A stretch of DNA of 20,000 nt, taken from IMG/VR virus record IMGVR_UViG_3300043468_000945; one strand, written 5' to 3'. Below the pieces are notes generated by a model that was given only the letters and a program-made list of their open reading frames with translations, was not told the DNA's origin and did not search any database. This DNA is from an uncultured virus (IMG/VR IMGVR_UViG_3300043468_000945) (Duplodnaviria; Heunggongvirae; Uroviricota; Caudoviricetes; Crassvirales). A program made the translations under genes and the position numbers. Shown here piece after piece: positions 8,358 through 16,200 of this stretch. Every line of letters begins with the position of its first letter. Position 1 is the stretch's first letter.

Positions 8358-10238
8358 ATGGCCTCATATTATAAATACGCGGAGCGGCAAGCAGATAGTT
8401 ACGTAGATTGGTCGGAAATCGGTAAGAACATTACCGATATGCTCAAGACCGAGAATCAAATCCGTGAGGATAAGAAGGCCGCTATTGACAAAGCCTCTCG
8501 TGAATTTGGAGAGCAGTTATCTAACTCACCAACAGGAGAACACCAAGGTCTAAACGAATGGACACTTAGCTATGCAAACGATGCACAGCAAGCTCGATTA
8601 ATGCAAGACCGTTTATTGAAGTCAGGGCAGTTAAAGTTGAAAGACTATAACGTCATGCGTCAGAATATCAACGATGGTACTACTCAAGTATTCAACCTGT
8701 CAAAAGAATATCAGGAAGAGTACAAGGTTAAGATGGAGCGCATGAAAGCTCAAGACCCAAACATGTCTTCACAAGAGTTGGAGTCATGGCTTATGGGTAC
8801 CGTTGAGGGATTCGCAAACTTCACTAAGTCTAAGATTCTAATCAACCCTACTGACTTTCAGATTAGCGTTGGTATGATGGAGCCTGACCCCGACAATAAA
8901 GGGGTTATGAAACTAACCAACAATGTAGCTACGGTAAACGAATTGCGTAACCGTATCAAAGCCAAGTTCGATAAGTTTAATACTCAACAGGCCACACAGG
9001 AAGTATCAGGTAAGCTTGCTGAGTATATTACTGCTGACATCAAGCGTGGGTCTGCAACTCGCGCAGGATATGTAGAGACTCTTGAAGACGCAATGCAACG
9101 TCCCGGCTATCAGAAAGCATTAGACGAAGCAATCAACTCTTACCTAACAAACCCATACAACGTGTCTTCAGTATTGACTGAAGATATTGGCGTTGACAAG
9201 AATGGTCAGGCGTATACATTTACGTTTAACGAAGAGGAGGCAAAGGGTAAGTCAAATGTGATTTTCCTAGAGCGTGACCAATCAGGGATGCCTAAACCTA
9301 AGTTCACTAAAGAACAAGAGGATGCGGTACGTGGGTACATGAAGGGTCAGATTGAGCAGCAGATTAAACATAAGGAAGAGATTCGTCCGTTCCAAGAGCC
9401 TCAGAAACCACAGCCACAGCAATGGCAGTACGAAGCAGGGCGTGGTGTACAAACCGCTAAAACTGAAGGTAACATGCTTGCCAAGTTGTATAGTGGTGAC
9501 TCAGGAGAAATCCAAGCAGCCGTTGACCACTTCAATGGTTTGGGAACTGTAAGGGCTGTCAACAGGACCACTGAGGGTGTTGATGTAACTCTTAATGATG
9601 GCACAACCAAGACCATTCGATTCAAGAATCCTGACGGTACAGTAATGAGTCAAAACGATTTCGTTCGTGCTGCAACTAAATTGTTGGTAGGAGATAATGC
9701 TGATGTGAATGCAGTGCTTCAAGGTGCTGTTGCCACAGGTAGAACTGCATTTAATGCAACAGGTACAGCATCTGCTGCAGCTCAAAGAAATAACCCAAGT
9801 GAAATGTACGCATCTACCGTAGGTTCAACTATCAGTACTGCTCTTAAACCTACTGTATTCCAAGATAAGTCAGCAGGATTTAAGGGGTCTGATGGTAAAA
9901 AACTTACTGAAGAACAAGTGGCTACAAAGCTAAATGCAAGCTTGAGTAGTCTTGGGTTCTCTGCTCGTGTCCCATGGACTGCCGGAAACTACATCGTTAT
10001 TAAAAATAAAGATGGAGTTGAGTCTGAAGAGATTTCATTAGATAATCCAAATGATGCGATGAAAGCGATTGAAGGATTTATGATTAGCAACGTTCCCGGA
10101 AAAGATGAGGAGGCTCAAATGTTGTACTTGAATAGTTTGAAATCTAAGGGAATAATAAAAGCTCCGGGGCAACAGCCTGCTGCAAAACCTGCAGTAAAAG
10201 CTGATGCTACTACACAACAAAGAATTGGTGGCTATTAA
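8358..10238 (+). CDS. Putative middle ejection (internal virion) protein, T7 gp15-like position
   Basis: 626-aa Cys-free, Gln/Lys-rich, mostly helical ORF between the small and giant ejection genes. Confidence 0.6.
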   Translation: MASYYKYAERQADSYVDWSEIGKNITDMLKTENQIREDKKAAIDKASREFGEQLSNSPTGEHQGLNEWTLSYANDAQQARLMQDRLLKSGQLKLKDYNVMRQNINDGTTQVFNLSKEYQEEYKVKMERMKAQDPNMSSQELESWLMGTVEGFANFTKSKILINPTDFQISVGMMEPDPDNKGVMKLTNNVATVNELRNRIKAKFDKFNTQQATQEVSGKLAEYITADIKRGSATRAGYVETLEDAMQRPGYQKALDEAINSYLTNPYNVSSVLTEDIGVDKNGQAYTFTFNEEEAKGKSNVIFLERDQSGMPKPKFTKEQEDAVRGYMKGQIEQQIKHKEEIRPFQEPQKPQPQQWQYEAGRGVQTAKTEGNMLAKLYSGDSGEIQAAVDHFNGLGTVRAVNRTTEGVDVTLNDGTTKTIRFKNPDGTVMSQNDFVRAATKLLVGDNADVNAVLQGAVATGRTAFNATGTASAAAQRNNPSEMYASTVGSTISTALKPTVFQDKSAGFKGSDGKKLTEEQVATKLNASLSSLGFSARVPWTAGNYIVIKNKDGVESEEISLDNPNDAMKAIEGFMISNVPGKDEEAQMLYLNSLKSKGIIKAPGQQPAAKPAVKADATTQQRIGGY

Positions 10239-10243
10239 TTGAT

Positions 10244-10251
10244 TAAATTTG
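10244..10251 (+). promoter_or_regulatory. Bacteroidota-type sigma70 -7 element (TAnnTTTG)
   Basis: TAAATTTG lies in the 17-nt gap, 4 nt before ATG 10256. Confidence 0.55.
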
Positions 10252-10255
10252 AATA

Positions 10256-13200
10256 ATGAACGAACAGGCAATACAAGACGCGTACAATCTTTTCGTTAGC
10301 AATGGATACAAAAAATCATTGGCTGACTTCAAGAAGCTTATAGCTACCAATCCTACAGCCTTACAAGATTCATACAATCTTTTTGTAAGCAACGGATACG
10401 GCAAAGACATAAACGAGTATAAGACCTTGATGGGTGTAGGTGCGCCTGCTCCTGTAAAAAAAAAAGAAGCTACGGAATTGTCTTCGGAAGGTGGTTCTTC
10501 GGTTTCACTTATCTCGGATAGGTACCGTCAGCCACAGCAGATTCAGCGAGATGCGACTTATGTCAAGCCGCCTGTCATGCCTATGGGCGGACCTAAGCCT
10601 GTCAATCTAAGCACGACTCCACAGAAACCATCTACTCCTGTTAAGCCACAACCCGCACAGCAAGAGCAAGGATATGGGGATTACGTATTTAATAGTCTTG
10701 CATTAGGGGCAGCAGCTTTCAATGAAGCTGTATTTTCAATTCCTGAAACAGTCTTAAACATATTTGCAATACCTCAAAATCTTGTAGCAGAAGCGACAGG
10801 ATGGGACATTGGTACCAATGCTGAACAGTTTAAAGATTACATAGGTGTCAAAAACCCTTTGTTAGATTGGGTTAAAGAAGACAAAAAGATATTAAGTGGA
10901 GAAGTATCTAATTATGTAGCTAAAAACTACAAAGAATCAGGCATTGTAAACAACTTTGCAAACGGGAATTACCAAGATGGATTCGAGCAACTTGGTGCAT
11001 CTATTGCTCAATCAGTACCTATTAGCGTAGGTATAATGATGGGCGGTGCTTATGCTGCTCCTGAAGCCCTTGCTGCAGCAACGACTGTTGGTCTTACAGA
11101 AGGCCAAAGAGAGGAGCTTAGGCAAATGAACCCCAATATGAAAGAGTCTGAACTTATGATGAAGGCTCTAGGTATGTCTGCTGCTGAGTCTGTATTCTCG
11201 GCTATTGGTACAGGAACTATCGGTCAGGTGTATCGTGACATCGCCGCAAGAGAAGGGAAAGAAGCTGCTGCAGGAATCCTAAAAGATGGATTGGTTCAGA
11301 CATATAAGAAAGCCTTGGAAAAAGGGGGGATGGCCGTGGGTTTTGCCGGAGAAGGAATTGAAGAAGCGGCCACACAGATAACTCAAAACGTAATTTCAGG
11401 GAAGCCTGCATTTGAAAATGTTGCTGATGCTTTTGTAACAGGCGCAGGGTCAGGTGTTGTATTCACTGCCCCAATCTCTGCAGCTAACGCAAAGAACTAC
11501 ATTAAGAATAAGGCCGAGACTTATGCCACAAAGGATAAGGTTGGGCAGATTCTTAAAGAGAATGCCAACAACTTTGACAACCTTTACAATGTTCCTGTTG
11601 GTACTTCAATAACCCCTGAGCAATTAGAGATTGCAAACCTAAATAAGTCACGAGACCTATTGGTAAATAACCTAAAGAAGGGTGTTGAGGAAAACAAGAT
11701 TACTCCTGATGATGCTAAGCAATCTTTGTATGTGTTCGATAAAATCCAACAGGTATCTAATGCCGTTAAGGATTTGGATGTAAGCGCAGAAGACAAAGCT
11801 AAGATTGCTACATTGCTCAGTCAGCGTAATGATTTAAAAGCTAAGATTGAAAACCAAGACGATGTATTGGTAGTACAAGAAAAGCAGCAAATCGAACAGA
11901 TTAATAAACAGATTCAAGAAATAATTCTAAAACCTAAAGAAGATGCCGTTCAAAAGCAAAGCACAGATGAAGGCCTGTTACGCAGCGAAGGACCCCAAGT
12001 GGGACTGCAAGAAATGGGCGAAGGAAACAAAGGACCTCAAGTCACTACCGAAGCGCTTAAAAAAGAAGAAGTAGGACCTAAGTACGTCAAGGACATTTCG
12101 GTTCTCATTACTCCCGCCACAGTGCGTGGGTTCGATGAGAACACCAAGCGTATGCAGGAGATGTCTTTGAAGTATGATGAGCTTGTCAAGAAGTACAACG
12201 AGACAAAAGACGAGGCGCTTATCGCTGACATCCGTGGGCTTGAAGAACAGATACTCAACGACACCAAGCAGGAAATCATCGACAAGGTGGCTACTGTTCC
12301 GGGAACCAAGGTTGCGTTCAAGGACCACAAGATGGGGTCTTGGGAAGGCAAGTTTGAGCCTGCGTTCAACATGACACTAAGCATTACTCCTCAGGCCAAC
12401 ACAAAAGCGCTGAGCGATATGCTATTTGATTTCTCTGAGAAGTATTCTCAGGACGCGTTTATCCTTGAGTCTGATTCGGACAACCAAGAAAGTGTCTTCA
12501 ATGACACAATGGACCTGCCGCTTACTGAAGAGAAGAACGGTTTGCTGTACTATCCACAGATTGGATACACATTCGCAGCTCCTGTGTCTCGTGAGAAACA
12601 AGCGGAGCTATCAAACAAACTTAGAGAGAATGGCATTGATGCGTTCAACATGAACGACAATGAAGTTAAGGTTTCAGTAATAACATTTGGTGATACAAAT
12701 CTATCACCTGACGAACAATACAATCAAAAATATGATGAATACAAACGACAATCAGAAGCAATCGCAACCGCGGTCAAGGAAGTTCTCGGACCTGATGCGT
12801 TGGGAGGAAGAAATGTTAAAATCCGTCGGTCTAAATATACCGGCGCAACAAACGAAGGCACAGCCGACCAAACAAGAACCTACGATAGAGGTGATGTTTT
12901 TGAAGCGTTCCAAGCAGCCCCAACAGAAGTAGAGAATCTAGCGAAGGATTACAACGCCTTGCGCCAAAAACAAATCGAACTGTCTAAAGAGCAGAAGCAG
13001 TTGACAGCTGAAGAGCAAGACCGACTTGATGAGTTGGCTGCATTGGTTCAGCCTACTGTGGAGAAGACATTCGAGGTGAATAAGAAGTTGTATGAGGACG
13101 CTAAGGTTGAGGCCGAAGGAATTGCAGCTGATGCAACCAAAGGACTTGACGCATTTATCTCAGGCTTCCCAATCAAGCGCCCGTCTCGTGCGTCAATTAA

Positions 13201-16200
13201 GACGATGCGGTGGTATGGTGGCTTTACCGAGAAGCTTGGAGATGGCGCTCGCCTGAATATCATCGTCAAGAATCCTGCTGATGTAGACAAGGTCTACAAT
13301 GAAATCAATAAGAAGTATCCGACGACTGACCCTGACTTACGCAGACTCAATGAGAATACTGAGCTAGGGTATCCCAAGCGATTGATTGAAGTTCGTACGT
13401 CAAACGGTGTCATTGCAGAGATGCAGGTCATGACGCCACAAGCATACCTCGCTAAAGATGGTATCAATGGTTTCCAAGGGCAAAAAGAATTTGCTCAGAC
13501 AGAACTGAAGAATATCCAACAGAACTTAGGATGGGCTATCCCTGATGGGCTAGGCCATTACTTCTATGAGATACAACGTGACTTCAACGTTGACAATGCG
13601 CTTCGTGAAGAGGCCACTGCATTGAGTAATAAATACTATGAAGCGTTCACCAACCCTGAGTCAAAGCTTACTGAATCATTTATGGATGAGGTGGCTGCAT
13701 TCAAGGACAAGGTTGATGCAGCTGATAAAACAAATTGGGATAGAGGTAACGAAGGCATTGCCCCTGAATCATTAGAGGCATACTTAGAGAGTCGTCCCGA
13801 AGTGCAGGTCGCTACAGAAGATGTACTGACTGCAGACAATACTGATAAGACTACGCTAGAAAAAACGCTAGCTTTCTTGGATAAAGTAGAAAAAGACCTT
13901 GACGCATTTGGACGTGGTAACCTCAGTATGGGCGTTGCCATTCCTGTAATGAAGGCCATCATCAAAACGATGAAGGTATTGGTCAAGACCGGTATCACTT
14001 TGCAGGAAGCTATTGCACGTGCTGCTGCTGAGAACAATGTCAGCGAGCAGGATGTAGTCGATACCATCAAGGCGGTAGCTGAGATGCGTGTGCGTGAAGG
14101 TAAAGCTGAGGCAGCCACAGAGATGGAGTTGCCCGGGTACAACCGCATGCAAAAAGAATTGGAAGGCATCATCGAGAAGTCTCGTGCGCGTGGAACCACT
14201 GAAGAGAAGGCCATGCAGAATGCCATTGACTACTTGCAGAAGTCTCGTGTCTACCAAGATGCCACAGATGTACAGCGCGAGCAGATGGTTCGTGATGTGC
14301 GTAAGACATTTGGCAAGCGTGAGAAGGCAGCGCCTAAGCCCGAGAAGTTATTCGGAGACATCAAGGATGTGAAGAACATTACCATGTCGGAGAAAGAGTT
14401 GCTCAAGAAGCAGCTCATGGATAAAGCTCGTGGTGCTAAGGACGCCAAGAAAGCGTGGATGCAAACTAGCGCAGCGTTGGCCAAGGCCATCAAGTCAATG
14501 ATTGGTCCCGGTAAGATTACCACCAAGCAGGCAGCTGTTGCATTGCGTAAGTTCAGTGGTGTCAACATGTTTGACGAGAACTCTATCAGTCGCTTTGTTG
14601 ATTACATGGCGAAGGTGTTCAAGAACGCCGAGTACGCTGAGCAGATTAGCGCCATCTCAAAAGCTTTACCTATTGCTCGTAAGAATGTTCAGAGCAAGAT
14701 TGGTATTGCTGAAGCCGTAGCGCCTCAGATGATGCGCCTGTTCAGCATCAAGCCATCGCTCATCCCTGACGCGGTGTTTGATAAGTATGCTGAGTTGGTA
14801 GCGATGATGGGCGAGCGCAAGACTGTACTCAAGCTAGATGAGATTACAAAGATTGCCAAAGACGTTGATGATATTCTGACTGCCGTAAACGAAGAAGTAT
14901 CGCTTGCTGAAGAGCTAGCCGATATGTTTGAGTCTTACGACGGTAAGGTTGTTGACGAAGACGGTAAGCTTGACTATGCTGCTACTATCAAGAAGATGGT
15001 AGAAGAGGAAGTCATTACTGAAGAGGAGGCCGCCATCATGAAGAAGTACAAGTCAAAGGTGCTTCCAATGGTAGAACGTGTCGCTAAGACTGAAGAAGAG
15101 AATGCAGAAGAGAAGGAGATTCTCGTTAAGGCTGCACAGCAGGCTGAGGTTACTACTACTGAGCTTCCCACTCAAGATGAACGCAAGGTTGCACGTGACT
15201 TGGCTAGGTTGGCAAAGACCGATGCTGTTAAAGAACTTGACAATTCTCAACTGAAGAACTTGCTCAGGGTGATTGACAATATCAACAATGGTTTCTTGCC
15301 TCACTTCGCAGAACTAATGGTTGAAAGATTGAATGCAATCAACAACGCAAAAGACCTTACAAATGCTGTCAAGACCGCTAAGCCACTAAAGTTATCGGCC
15401 GTTTACTCAAAATTAAAGTCTTTAGTTACGAAGAAGGATGCCATTTCTGAACTCATCAGAAGGAACCCATTGTACTACATTGACCAAGTGTTTGGCAACT
15501 TCAAGACAAAGGCTATATTCAACTCATTGTTTGAGAAAGCTGCTGATGCACAGGCTCGCTATAGCTCTGCTGTTACTGAGCTTCAGAACAGATTAGACAA
15601 AGCTGAGGAGGCTGTTTCTGCGTCGTTCAATAAGGATGCGAACAAGACCTTGATGTCTAAGTTTAAGATGATGACCTACATGGTTCAGCTTGAAAAGAAC
15701 TCAAACCCTGACAGCAAGCAAGTGAATCCTGCTGCTGAATACTTGAAGGCAACAATAGACCATATTGAATCCGGGAAGTCTAGCTTCGGGAAGCGTGATG
15801 CTGAGATGCTTCAGAAAATCCTTGATGACTACTCTGTAGATGGAGAGATTGATGCAGACAAACTGTACGAATCTTTCAATCCTGCTGAGAAGAAAGCCAT
15901 CAAGACTATTCAAGACATCAACGAATCAATGCGAGACAAGGCTGTGTTCACTGCAGCCATCATCCGTGGTGACAAGATTAACCCGCTGAATAATTACGTT
16001 CACTTGAATACGCTACATGAGCACAGGCCCGACGAGGCTATCTCAGGAGTGGCATTCGTGGACAGCTACAACAACTCGATGCGTCCTTCTACCAAAGCAA
16101 AGTCTTTGATTGAGCGTACCGGTAAAGTAGCCCCATTAAACTTTGATGTGTTTGCTTCTGCGAATCGTGGTGCCAAGTTCACACTGATGGATTACTACCT

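Noticed and set aside
13638..13775. +1-frame 45-aa ORF (MKRSPTLSQSLLNHLWMRW...) after the synthetase domain
   Set aside because: The leader is A-rich, but the L/S/R/W-rich composition is typical of a frame shadow. Worth rechecking only if conserved in homologues.
15845..15868. EIDADKLY resembling the crAss-type virion RNA polymerase DFDIDK motif
   Set aside because: It lacks the first Asp of DxDxD and sits in a helical region without double-psi barrel motifs.
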